The position numbers were made by a program, and so were the translations under genes. A stretch of DNA of 32,000 nt from positions 87,470 through 119,469 of the forward strand of contig JAJRZD010000091.1 in the NCBI GenBank assembly GCA_024275415.1. The letters are read 5' to 3'. This stretch comes from an archaeon. Lineage in GTDB: Archaea; Asgardarchaeota; Thorarchaeia; Thorarchaeales; Thorarchaeaceae. This document shows, piece after piece, positions 1-8,636 of this stretch. The notes beneath the pieces were generated by a model. The model had not been told where the DNA came from and made no database searches. It worked only from the letters and a program-made list of their open reading frames with translations. Every line of letters begins with the position of its first letter. The first letter of the stretch is position 1.

Positions 1-2
1 AG

Positions 3-1007
3 AAAGCAGGAATCAAGCCACTTGCGCTGCAGGCAAAGGAAGGTGTGGCCCTCATCAACGGCACTCAACCAATGACCGCGATTGCAGTGCTTACAGTCCA
101 TGATTCCATGCGACTTGTGCGGAACGCTTTAATTGGCGCTGCTATGTCTCTGGAGGCGCTCAAAGGAACCAGGGCCGCATTCGATAAGAGGATTCATGAC
201 CTCCGTCCCCATGAGGGACAGAATGACATTGCTGATGCCATGCTCAGCCTTCTTCAAGACAGCGAGATCAACCGTTCACATGTCGATTGTGGAAAGGTTC
301 AGGATGCCTATTCACTTCGGTGCATACCTCAAGTCCTCGGTGCATCTCTAGATACGATTCGTTATGTGCGGAGTGTCATCGAAACCGAGATTAACTCTGC
401 CACCGACAACCCGTTAGTCTTTCCCGATGATTATGATGTCATCTCAGGGGGCAATTTTCACGGCCAGCCAATTGCGCTTGTCATGGACTTCCTTGGCATC
501 GCCCTTTCGGAGATAGCGAACGTTTCTGAAAGAAGAATCAACAGATTGGTGAATCCTGATCTGAGTGGTCTTCCGGCGTTCCTTATCGAGGATAGCGGGC
601 TCCGTTCAGGTATGATGATCGTTCAGTACACAGCCGCTGCATTAGTTTCTGAGAACAAGGTGTTAGCCCATCCCGCGAGTGTTGATTCGATACCTACTAG
701 TGCTGACCAAGAAGATCATGTCAGCATGGGAACTATCGCAGCAAGAAAGGCACGGAAGATTCTCGAAAATGTAACAAATGTCATTGCCATTGAGATTCTC
801 TGTGCGGCGCAAGGTATTGACCTCCTCTCTCCTCTCAAACCCTCTGAACCTCTGCAGAATGTGTTAGAAACGATACGAAGCAATGTTACGAAGTTAGAGG
901 AGGATCGGGCACTGCACAAAGACATAGCACAGATTCGGAATATGATTCTCTCAAACATGCTTGTGGATGGAGTGGAAGAAGCAGGAATAGTCCTGTTAGA
1001 GGAGTAA
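3..1007 (+). CDS. hutH: Histidine ammonia-lyase, 5'-truncated by the window edge
   Basis: Frame is open from base 3 (KAGIKPLALQAKEGVALINGT). Motifs QDAYSLRCIPQVLG, NSATDNP, GGNFHGQP and QEDHVSMG are present. The MIO-forming ASG lies upstream of the window. Confidence 0.95.
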   Translation, partial: KAGIKPLALQAKEGVALINGTQPMTAIAVLTVHDSMRLVRNALIGAAMSLEALKGTRAAFDKRIHDLRPHEGQNDIADAMLSLLQDSEINRSHVDCGKVQDAYSLRCIPQVLGASLDTIRYVRSVIETEINSATDNPLVFPDDYDVISGGNFHGQPIALVMDFLGIALSEIANVSERRINRLVNPDLSGLPAFLIEDSGLRSGMMIVQYTAAALVSENKVLAHPASVDSIPTSADQEDHVSMGTIAARKARKILENVTNVIAIEILCAAQGIDLLSPLKPSEPLQNVLETIRSNVTKLEEDRALHKDIAQIRNMILSNMLVDGVEEAGIVLLEE

Positions 1008-1104
1008 TGCCTGGAAAACATCATATTCCCTGATGATGCTAGGAGATAACCCTGATTGTTTCTTTTATTGATGGGCACAATCTCACATGTAATCCAGTGC
1101 CAAT

Positions 1105-1120
1105 CGTGAAAGTTTATGTA
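1105..1120 (+). promoter_or_regulatory. Putative BRE (CGTGAAAG) plus TATA box (TTTATGTA) of the DtxR-family gene
   Basis: Purine-rich BRE lies directly 5' of a TATA-like box, about 60 nt upstream of the TTG start; SD AGGTGA sits at 1166-1171. Confidence 0.55.
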
Positions 1121-1139
1121 GGCCTGAGATAACGAATTG

Positions 1140-1153
1140 TTAGACATGTCTAA
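1140..1153. promoter_or_regulatory. Perfect 14-bp palindrome TTAGACATGTCTAA, putative DtxR/SirR-type operator
   Basis: Exact inverted repeat with TTAG-N6-CTAA geometry, as in the staphylococcal Sir box TTAGGTTAACCTAA. It overlaps the expected transcription start of the regulator gene. Confidence 0.7.
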
Positions 1154-1177
1154 AAAATAGAAGTCAGGTGACAGCGT

Positions 1178-1612
1178 TTGGCAGATCTATCGAAGGCTAT
1201 GGAGCAATATTTGGAAACAATCCACAGGATTGAACGTGAGGGTGGGACTGCAAGTGTTTCTGACATTGCAGAAGTGATGGGCGTTAAAGCTCCAAGTGTG
1301 ACTTATGTGATGCAAAAGTTGTCACAGCCCGAATATGGATTGGTCAATTACGAAAAATACAATCGTGCGGTTTCACTGACCGAAAAAGGGCGTAGTATCG
1401 CTATGCGATTGGAAAATATCCATTCAACTCTTCGATGGTTCTTTGAGATGATCGGACTAGACCCTCAAATTGCGGATACAGATGCCTGCGAGATTGAACA
1501 TTTTATGCATCCTGAAACTGTGGCGAAATTGCTAGAATTTGTCGAATGGGTGCGAGATGAGCCGGAGGCAGGTGAAATGCTTCTGAGCTTCAGGGAAGCA
1601 AAGTATGGCTGA
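1178..1612 (+). CDS. DtxR/MntR-family metal-dependent transcriptional regulator
   Basis: EQYLETI, HTH SVSDIAEVMGVKAPSVT, wing SLTEKG and metal-binding DACEIEH; no FeoA-like C-terminal domain; TTG start. Confidence 0.92.
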   Translation: MADLSKAMEQYLETIHRIEREGGTASVSDIAEVMGVKAPSVTYVMQKLSQPEYGLVNYEKYNRAVSLTEKGRSIAMRLENIHSTLRWFFEMIGLDPQIADTDACEIEHFMHPETVAKLLEFVEWVRDEPEAGEMLLSFREAKYG

Positions 1613-1620
1613 ATGGACTA

Positions 1621-2892
1621 TTAGGTTCCGAACCTAGTATGTACTACCTGTCCGTTCACAATGACTGTATGGACAAGATTCATCCCGAACCTGTATGCGA
1701 GGTATTCTGGATTCGGGCAATCTAAGATTATTATATCAGCGCGTTTTCCTACTTCTATGCTTCCCAATCTATCGGCCTTGTCAATCGCATGTGCCGCATT
1801 GATTGTCAGGGCTGAGATGACTTCTCTGGGATGCATCTTCATCTTATAACAAGCCAATGCGGTCGTGAAGAATAGTGACTCGTTCGCACAATTTGGGTTG
1901 AAGTCGGTTGCGAGTGCCACTGGTAGCTCCATCTCTATCATCTCTCTTGCCCGAGCATACTCGGTGTCTAAGCTAAAGGCTGTGCCAGGGAGCAATGTGG
2001 CTATCGTCCCTGCCTTCCTCATCGCTTCCAGCCCATCATCAGAGGCCATCAATAGATGATCTGCAGAAACCGCCCCGACCTCCGCGGCCAGCTCAGCACC
2101 TCCCAGCTGGACTATCTCATCAGCATGTACCTTGAGTTTCATCCCGTGTTCTTTTCCCTTGAGGAGAATCCTTCTGGACTGCTCCACGTCAAAAACTCCC
2201 TTCTCACAGAATACATCGCAGAACTCGGCTGTACCACTCCTAGCTACTGCAGGAATCATCTCTTCCACGATCACATCAACATAGTCCTCTGTGCGCCCCT
2301 CATACTCGGGAGGCACTGCATGTGCTCCCAAAAAAGTCGAGGTTATCTCTGTAGGCAGCATGTCCCGTAGGTCATTGATAGCCTGTAGCATCTTGATTTC
2401 GTTCTTCGTGTCAAGACCATATCCACTCTTGGCTTCGATTGCCGTAGTTCCCTCTTGGATCATCCTCTGGGCAAAACCAAATGCATTGCCTGTCAGAGTC
2501 ATTTGGCTGGCATCTCTGGTTGCACGAAGCGTATTGAGTATGCCACCGCCCGCATTGAGGATCTCCATGTATGACATTCCATCCAATTTCATGGCAAAGT
2601 CCTGTTCACGAGATCCCGCAAACAGAAGATGGGTGTGACTATCAACGAACCCTGGCAAGACCAGCATACTTGGAAGATCCATCTGTGAAAATGTATCGCT
2701 CTCGATATCACTCAAGACATCTTTTGTTGTGCCCACAGCTGTAATGATTCCGTTGCTTATCGCTATGGCTCCATCTTCGATTATCGAGAGCTCCTTCATA
2801 TCTGCCCCTGTCTTGGGACTATCACTATATCCCGCCAGTGTGGCAACCTGCTTGATATTTGTGAGCACAAGATTCGGACTCATGACAATCAC
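1621..2892 (-). CDS. hutI: Imidazolonepropionase
   Basis: PGFVDSHTHLLFAGSR, EAKSGYGL, FLGAHAVP, DVFCE, KVHADE, SADHL and ALATDFNP motifs. Start may be the ATG at 2883. Confidence 0.95.
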   Translation of the reverse strand: MIVMSPNLVLTNIKQVATLAGYSDSPKTGADMKELSIIEDGAIAISNGIITAVGTTKDVLSDIESDTFSQMDLPSMLVLPGFVDSHTHLLFAGSREQDFAMKLDGMSYMEILNAGGGILNTLRATRDASQMTLTGNAFGFAQRMIQEGTTAIEAKSGYGLDTKNEIKMLQAINDLRDMLPTEITSTFLGAHAVPPEYEGRTEDYVDVIVEEMIPAVARSGTAEFCDVFCEKGVFDVEQSRRILLKGKEHGMKLKVHADEIVQLGGAELAAEVGAVSADHLLMASDDGLEAMRKAGTIATLLPGTAFSLDTEYARAREMIEMELPVALATDFNPNCANESLFFTTALACYKMKMHPREVISALTINAAHAIDKADRLGSIEVGKRADIIILDCPNPEYLAYRFGMNLVHTVIVNGQVVHTRFGT

Positions 2893-2987
2893 ATTGTGGT
2901 ACTCATATGAGACCTGTATATTTATGATACCATTTGGGTGGGATTAATTAGGGAGTGCGATGAGCACCCAGCAAATCACACAGGCAG

Positions 2988-3578
2988 TTGCAACAAATGG
3001 AGTATCTCATTCTCAGTTGGGACGACGTCTACAACCTGACCCTACAGCTCTCCGAGCGGATCGTTGAGAGCGGGTTTGTGCCAGATCTTATAGTCGGTAT
3101 AGCTCGAGGAGGCTGGATTCCAGCACGTATCTTGTCTGATGTCCTGTATGCCCATGCTATGTTCAATGTGCGTATCGAGTATTATACAGACTTGGGAATA
3201 CATGGCAGGGAGCCTAAGATAACTCAACCATTGTCCGTCCCTATCGAGGGCAAGAATGTGTTGATAATAGATGAAGTCGCTGACTCGGGTGAGAGCTTGC
3301 ATCATGCCATCGAGTATATCCAGAGTCTGGGAGTCAAGGAAGTAAGGAGTGCCGTGCTTCATCTCAAGCCGACTTCTCGGGTTGTCCCTGACTTCTACAT
3401 GCAATGTGTGACCAGCTGGACTGTGTATCCGTGGGAGCTCCGCGAGTCCATCATCGCACTCGTACAGAAGTTCAAGGATGAAGACCCTACTATGGATATG
3501 AAGGCAATTCGAAACAAGTTGGTTTTCGAAGTGGGATTCGATCCGACTGTGGCTGATTACTTTATTAAACGTCTTTGA
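2988..3578 (+). CDS. Type I phosphoribosyltransferase, archaeal xanthine/hypoxanthine-guanine PRT-like
   Basis: IVGIARGGWIPA, PRPP-binding VLIIDEVADSGESL and WTVYPWE. Confidence 0.88.
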   Translation: MQQMEYLILSWDDVYNLTLQLSERIVESGFVPDLIVGIARGGWIPARILSDVLYAHAMFNVRIEYYTDLGIHGREPKITQPLSVPIEGKNVLIIDEVADSGESLHHAIEYIQSLGVKEVRSAVLHLKPTSRVVPDFYMQCVTSWTVYPWELRESIIALVQKFKDEDPTMDMKAIRNKLVFEVGFDPTVADYFIKRL

Positions 3579-3597
3579 ATCAAACTGAGGGAATGAC

Positions 3598-4179
3598 TTG
3601 CTAGTAGACCGTTTAATTGCTCCCGAAGGCCCGTTATTCGTAGGGGTTTCAGAGCTTGAGAATGAAAAGAACCTTACAAAAGACGAATTGATTGCTATTG
3701 CTGTGAACAATGCCTGCGATGTGCTGGCGATGCAGCTGTTCGACTCATCTCTCATTGTTGACGCGCACCACCTTGTTGTTGCCGCTCAGAATGCCGTCAA
3801 TGCATGGTACGGGAAATATGCTCAGGCAAGGTCTCTCGACGTAGAGATTGCCATCTTTGCATCGGGGCAAAATCAGATTGGGAAAGCACTCGATACCTTT
3901 GGAGTGAAAGATAATCTGAAGCAAATCGCAGTGGTGATAATTAGTAATGATAAGGATGTAATTAGGAGATGCCTGATCAATCTACAGGAAAAAGTTGGTT
4001 CTCCTCTTCAAGTCCAGTTTGCATCTGACCTGTGTCGTTTCAAATCTATCATGCGTGTATTTGACATCAATGAGCAGGAACTTGAAGCAATCTCTGAGGG
4101 GGTAGGAGCCATCAGCACTCGAGAAGCATTGTTGCGGTGCGTCGCAAGTCGAGTCAGTACTGTCGCTTTAGAAGCATAG
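3598..4179 (+). CDS. cgi121: KEOPS complex subunit Cgi121
   Basis: QLFDSSLIVDAHHLVVAAQNAVNA and ARSLDVEIAIFASGQNQIGKALDTFG match the Cgi121 pattern; TTG start after GAGGGA. Confidence 0.85.
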   Translation: MLVDRLIAPEGPLFVGVSELENEKNLTKDELIAIAVNNACDVLAMQLFDSSLIVDAHHLVVAAQNAVNAWYGKYAQARSLDVEIAIFASGQNQIGKALDTFGVKDNLKQIAVVIISNDKDVIRRCLINLQEKVGSPLQVQFASDLCRFKSIMRVFDINEQELEAISEGVGAISTREALLRCVASRVSTVALEA

Positions 4180-4189
4180 CACACTTCTC

Positions 4190-4729
4190 TCAATACATAT
4201 CGTCACGCATTGCCATAATTGAAAGGATATCCTCCCTCGGGTCGAGCACAGAGATTCCTGTTAAGGTTCCCACGATTTCAATCCAGACTGTCTTGTCAGG
4301 ATTATCCAAGTCGACGCTTCTGGGGATGACTGATGCCACAGCCTTTACCACATCCATATGCTCAAGGTCGGTATGTCTTCTCCGTACAGTGACCCTGAAC
4401 GTTTCATTAGTCCCTATCTTTTCGCGCAGCCTTTCAGCCGATCGTACGATATCTTCGATATTTGATGGGACACACACCTCCAGCGGAGTGAATCGTATTG
4501 CATATCTGAACTGATATGCATTTTCCAACGCCATCTCCCTAAGTTGACCCAGCACCTCGAATGGATCCAAGCTCGTCATGCAGGTTATCATGCCCACAAT
4601 ATGAGTCCGATTGACCTTTAGGTTCTCATCACCAAGAAGATCTTTTATGAAATACCTGACCTCTGAGATCGCTGCTTGCTCTCTTTCTCTAGGGCATCCT
4701 ATTAGGATATTGAACTCCTGCAGAATCAA
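4190..4729 (-). CDS. Stand-alone THUMP-domain RNA-binding protein
   Basis: FRYAIRFTPLE, ETFRVTVRRR and VDLDNPDKTVWIEIVG. The TTG at 4729, after GTGAGG, is preferred to the track start at 4789, which lies inside tsaC. Confidence 0.85.
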   Translation of the reverse strand: MILQEFNILIGCPREREQAAISEVRYFIKDLLGDENLKVNRTHIVGMITCMTSLDPFEVLGQLREMALENAYQFRYAIRFTPLEVCVPSNIEDIVRSAERLREKIGTNETFRVTVRRRHTDLEHMDVVKAVASVIPRSVDLDNPDKTVWIEIVGTLTGISVLDPREDILSIMAMRDDMY

Positions 4730-4733
4730 TCCC

Positions 4734-5435
4734 TCACATGTCCGCATAGATGATTCGGTTAGTCCAGAATCGTAGTGCTTCAGTATCAAACTTCAAGCCC
4801 TCTGTAAGGGTTTCAATGGGCAGCGCTCCTTCCCTGTACACCTTGATGCTTGAGAACCCATCAGAGTCATCATCAACTCCAATTATCGTTGAGTTCTTGT
4901 TGGTGCGGGATGGGCCGCCATCAATGTAAAGATCCACACGATCTCCCAGCTGCTCTAGTGCCACCGAAAGATCGAATGGGCTTGCCCCTCCCGATAGGTT
5001 GGCACTGGTTCCTGAGATTGGGGTTCCGAGCAGGTCAGCAATGGTTCTTGGGATTGGATGATCTGGAACACGAATAGCGATACTATTCTTGATACTTATC
5101 AAGTGCTCTGGTACTCCTTCCTTTGCAGAAACGATTAATGTCAAGGCGCCTGGCCAGAATAGTCTTGCAATGGCAAGTTCAAGCCCACTGAAGTCATGGT
5201 ATTCCCGACACTGCTTGCTATTAGCGAAAAGAAGTGGCAATCCGGACGAACGCTCTCTTTGCTTGACATCGAAAAGATTCTCGAATGCATCAGGGATCCT
5301 AGGGTCACATGCCAGTCCATAGCTTGTATCGGTTGGATACACTACGAGGCCTCCTTCTGAAAGAGTCTGTACTGCCTCGTCAATTGCGACCTTCGTGTCC
5401 TCTTGATCTGTGATTGTTATGATTTTGGCTGTCAC
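4734..5435 (-). CDS. tsaC: L-threonylcarbamoyladenylate synthase, single-domain TsaC/YrdC type
   Basis: YPTDTSYGLACD, KxR motif (KQR), FWPGALTLI, IAIRVPDHP and GTSANLSG; no C-terminal SUA5 domain. Start is GTG 5435 or ATG 5459. Confidence 0.9.
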   Translation of the reverse strand: MTAKIITITDQEDTKVAIDEAVQTLSEGGLVVYPTDTSYGLACDPRIPDAFENLFDVKQRERSSGLPLLFANSKQCREYHDFSGLELAIARLFWPGALTLIVSAKEGVPEHLISIKNSIAIRVPDHPIPRTIADLLGTPISGTSANLSGGASPFDLSVALEQLGDRVDLYIDGGPSRTNKNSTIIGVDDDSDGFSSIKVYREGALPIETLTEGLKFDTEALRFWTNRIIYADM

Positions 5436-5498
5436 ACTCTTACAATGAAAAACATCCATAAGAAGCTTTTATTCCTCTATGTTTTCGGAGGAATCCTC

Positions 5499-6494
5499 AT
5501 TCACGCTGTAATTCTTGCCGCCGGCGAAGGCACCCGACTAGGTGATTTGTCGCATCGCGTTCCCAAGGCACTACTACCTTGTCTAGATCGGACACTGATC
5601 GAGCATCTGGTGGACTCGCTATTCGCAGCAGGGATTGAACGAATATCAATTGGTGTTGGCTGGAAACGAGATGCAGTCATGAATCTCATAGAAACAAGAT
5701 ATCACAACCGTCCTGTGGAATGCATCCAAGTTTCTTCGTTCGCCATCGGCCCCTTGCAGACTCTTGCCACGGCATCAGATAATATCACACAAGAGGTCTT
5801 GATATGTCCCGTTGATCTCGTCACGTTTCCATCTACCATCTCCAAGTTCGTTAGCGGATTCAATTTACAGCACCCCTTTGATCTCGTTATGGCAGTTGAT
5901 CCCACTTCTTCAGCAGGCACTTTGGTTTCATATGACCGTATGCTTCGAGTGCATAGCCTCGGGGAAGGCAATGCATCCTCCGCAATGATGCTGATTGCCA
6001 CATCATCTTTTTTGGAATTCTGTCGGAGTGCTCTGTCTGATGGTGCTACAAGGGTTTCTGAAGCGATTGAACGTACTATTTCTGCAGGCGGAGAAGTCTT
6101 TGCCCGTGAGATACATGGGACATGGTATGACATCGACACATTGTCAGATCTGCTGAATACCAATATCACGCTCTTGAATACTCTACCGATGAGAAGTAAT
6201 GCTTTATTCATCCCTTCTGGAGATACTGTCGAAATAGGAGAATCTATCTCTCCCAGTGCGCGCGTAAATGCCGAAGCAGGCGTCACCTTTAGAGGTCCGG
6301 TATTGATATCTGGTACGGCAAGAATTGGAAAGAATGCCCGCATCGGTCCGAACGTCTGTATACAGGGTATATGTACTGTTGGTGATAACTGCATGGTGTC
6401 GGAATCTCTTATCTTTGGAAATTCGAATATCAATGCACACACAAGGCTCTCGCATTGTGTCATGCATGACTCTAATCTCTACATGGTGGGATGA
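5499..6494 (+). CDS. Sugar-phosphate nucleotidyltransferase with C-terminal left-handed beta-helix (GlmU/Mpg1-like)
   Basis: HAVILAAGEGTRLGDLSHRVPKALLP, WYDIDT and hexapeptide repeats (RIGKNARIGPNVCI). Start is uncertain: ATT 5499 after GGAGGA, or ATG 5445. Confidence 0.8.
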   Translation: MHAVILAAGEGTRLGDLSHRVPKALLPCLDRTLIEHLVDSLFAAGIERISIGVGWKRDAVMNLIETRYHNRPVECIQVSSFAIGPLQTLATASDNITQEVLICPVDLVTFPSTISKFVSGFNLQHPFDLVMAVDPTSSAGTLVSYDRMLRVHSLGEGNASSAMMLIATSSFLEFCRSALSDGATRVSEAIERTISAGGEVFAREIHGTWYDIDTLSDLLNTNITLLNTLPMRSNALFIPSGDTVEIGESISPSARVNAEAGVTFRGPVLISGTARIGKNARIGPNVCIQGICTVGDNCMVSESLIFGNSNINAHTRLSHCVMHDSNLYMVG

Positions 6495-6497
6495 TAT

Positions 6498-7106
6498 ATG
6501 TCACCAAGCAAGTTCAGACTCAGGCGGGTCTTCCGTATTCCTGTCCTCAAAGCAGCCGCTCCTTTCATCAAATATGGCGTGCATCCTAATACGATTACCT
6601 ATCTTTCACTCCTCATTGCTTTTGCTGGTTTCCTCATCTTGGGCATAACACAGAACCAATTGGTATATGGTGTATTCGTCTTTCTTGTAGGGTTCTTTGA
6701 TGGGGTTGATGGTGCTGTCGCTCGCGGGTCTGGCAAGGCATCTACAAAAGGGGCATTCACCGACTCGTTCATCGATAAGGTTTCTGAGGCAGTACTCCTT
6801 TTTTCAATTCCCATCTCCTTCCCGACTGGAGAAATCTTTGGGCTCTCACTAGATGCATGGGCGTATCTATGTTTCACCGGATGGTTGTTGACAAGCTACT
6901 CACGAGCACGAGCTGAATCCATAGGGCTCTCTGACTTAGATGTTGGACTGGGTGCACGCTCCGAGAGACTGTTTATCCTCAGCATTCTCTCTATCCTCTC
7001 TCTCGTTGAAGTCGGTCTTGTTGTGGTGACGGCCATCGGCATAGGCACTGCTGTATATCGCTTCATCTACTATCAAAGACTGATACCCGATGTCACCTCT
7101 AAATGA
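6498..7106 (+). CDS. pgsA: CDP-alcohol phosphatidyltransferase, archaetidylinositol-phosphate synthase-like
   Basis: Signature FDGVDGAVARGSGKASTKGAFTDSFID, plus GVHPNTIT, SYSRARAE, GLGARSER and several TM segments. Confidence 0.88.
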   Translation: MSPSKFRLRRVFRIPVLKAAAPFIKYGVHPNTITYLSLLIAFAGFLILGITQNQLVYGVFVFLVGFFDGVDGAVARGSGKASTKGAFTDSFIDKVSEAVLLFSIPISFPTGEIFGLSLDAWAYLCFTGWLLTSYSRARAESIGLSDLDVGLGARSERLFILSILSILSLVEVGLVVVTAIGIGTAVYRFIYYQRLIPDVTSK

Positions 7107-7189
7107 ATTTCCCTAATACCAATGCACCATTATACTTAAGTGCAAAACCAATCAGGCCGCATCAATTCATCCAATGGAGCAATCTAGCC

Positions 7190-7609
7190 ATGGCGATATT
7201 CAGGGCTGACCACTATCTTATTGCAGAATTTGAGAACGTTGATGACGTGAAAGGCACTGGCGAGAAGATTCTTGAGGCATTAAATGAGGTAAGCGAGTTG
7301 AAAGACCTTGCCATCGTTTCAAAACGTCTTGAGGGAAAACAGTGGGTAGAGATTCTAGGGCGCATCGACGTACCAGAAGGCTCGAAGGCATTCTGGGCCA
7401 TGGTGAAGAAGGAGGTCACTGATCGTGAGCCTTACAACCTCTTCGTTCGACTAGATCGGAACGCAGAGGGCACTGATATAGAGGATGCACGAGCCGCCGT
7501 GAAGAAATGGGCTGAAGACACTATTGTTCCGAGGATTCAGGATAAAACAAAGGTGAAAACGATCAAAGTCTTACAAGCCATCGAGCTATATATGCCAGAC
7601 CTCAAATGA
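7190..7609 (+). CDS. Hypothetical soluble protein, about 139 aa
   Basis: Protein-like composition; ATG 7190 preceded by GGAG. No motif recognised. Confidence 0.65.
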   Translation: MAIFRADHYLIAEFENVDDVKGTGEKILEALNEVSELKDLAIVSKRLEGKQWVEILGRIDVPEGSKAFWAMVKKEVTDREPYNLFVRLDRNAEGTDIEDARAAVKKWAEDTIVPRIQDKTKVKTIKVLQAIELYMPDLK

Positions 7610-7622
7610 ACCATCAACACCA

Positions 7623-8636
7623 TTACTCAGACTCTATTGCAACAAAGAAAAGCTTGTTTCCTACCGCCTGAACTATCTCCTTGTTGCCATCGCCCGACAG
7701 GTCGCCATATGCGACCAACGAGTCAGCGCTTTTGCTTGCTGTCTTGATAGATGCATCTTCGAAGAACTCTCGCCCTTCAACGCTCAGCATTGAGAGCTTT
7801 GAGTTGGCCAGACTGACAAGAACCTGACCCTGTGACCTGGCCCCATCAATCAGCATCTCGCCGACCTTCATTGACGAGATGCTCCCGGGGGCTCGGATCC
7901 TTGCGCGAGTGCTGACTGACTTCTGTTCCACCTCGAACAGGGTGATTGTCTTCTCACTGCTGGCTATCACTACATCATCCGATCTTCTACCTGTCACACG
8001 TCCTGTTGCGACCAAGTTGACCTCCCCACTTACCTTCGCATTGGCGATTTCATGCAGGCGGTCGTCAGCATATTGATAGATATATAGGGTTTCGGAGTCA
8101 TCGCCAAAGACAAACCTCGTGTAGGATGTTCCCTCACTCCTCAGAGGTTTCATTGAGAAGACAGGTCGCTTAACGACCTTGTGTGCAAGCTTGTCGAGGA
8201 AAGTATCATACCATCCATAGCACCTGAGAGCATTGTCATTGGTTGCTACGACAACTTCCTCTTTCCCATCATTGAGAACATTTGCCACAACCAACGAGAT
8301 TGGAAGGTTTCCTAACATCGCATTGGACTTGACCTCGAGCGATTTCTTGCCGATGCTTACCACTCTCAGGGTATTATCAAGCCCTCCTACGACAAAATCA
8401 GGTGTACCATTTCCAGTGACATCTCCAATCCCAAATGACGAGATAGGGACAAGGTCTGTCATCCTGAACAGTTCCTTGACGACATTGTTGCCACCGACAT
8501 AATCGTAGACTCTCAGGCTCCCACTGACCGTAGCAAGCACTATGTTGTCCTTGCCATCTCCTGTCACATCCATCACCTCAAGGTTCGTGACCATTTCCTT
8601 GAGCGAATGGCTTGTTATCAGGTTCATCGATGGCAT
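7623..8636 (-). CDS. FG-GAP/VCBS-type repeat beta-propeller without signal peptide
   Basis: About seven repeats of roughly 45 aa: DVTGDGKDNIV, GDVTGNGTPDFVV, NVLNDGKEEVVV, GRVTGRRSDDVV, GDLSGDGNKEIV. No hydrophobic N-terminus. Confidence 0.8.
   Translation of the reverse strand: MPSMNLITSHSLKEMVTNLEVMDVTGDGKDNIVLATVSGSLRVYDYVGGNNVVKELFRMTDLVPISSFGIGDVTGNGTPDFVVGGLDNTLRVVSIGKKSLEVKSNAMLGNLPISLVVANVLNDGKEEVVVATNDNALRCYGWYDTFLDKLAHKVVKRPVFSMKPLRSEGTSYTRFVFGDDSETLYIYQYADDRLHEIANAKVSGEVNLVATGRVTGRRSDDVVIASSEKTITLFEVEQKSVSTRARIRAPGSISSMKVGEMLIDGARSQGQVLVSLANSKLSMLSVEGREFFEDASIKTASKSADSLVAYGDLSGDGNKEIVQAVGNKLFFVAIESE

Noticed and set aside
716-6463. Antisense shadow ORFs at 716-1147, 3042-3755 and 5702-6463
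   Set aside because: They largely overlap well-supported genes on the other strand and have no family motifs.
5499-7106. IPCT/DIPPS pair for di-myo-inositol-phosphate synthesis
   Set aside because: The nucleotidyltransferase has a beta-helix tail that IPCT lacks, and the transferase fits the AIP-synthase/PgsA pattern. Not fully excluded.
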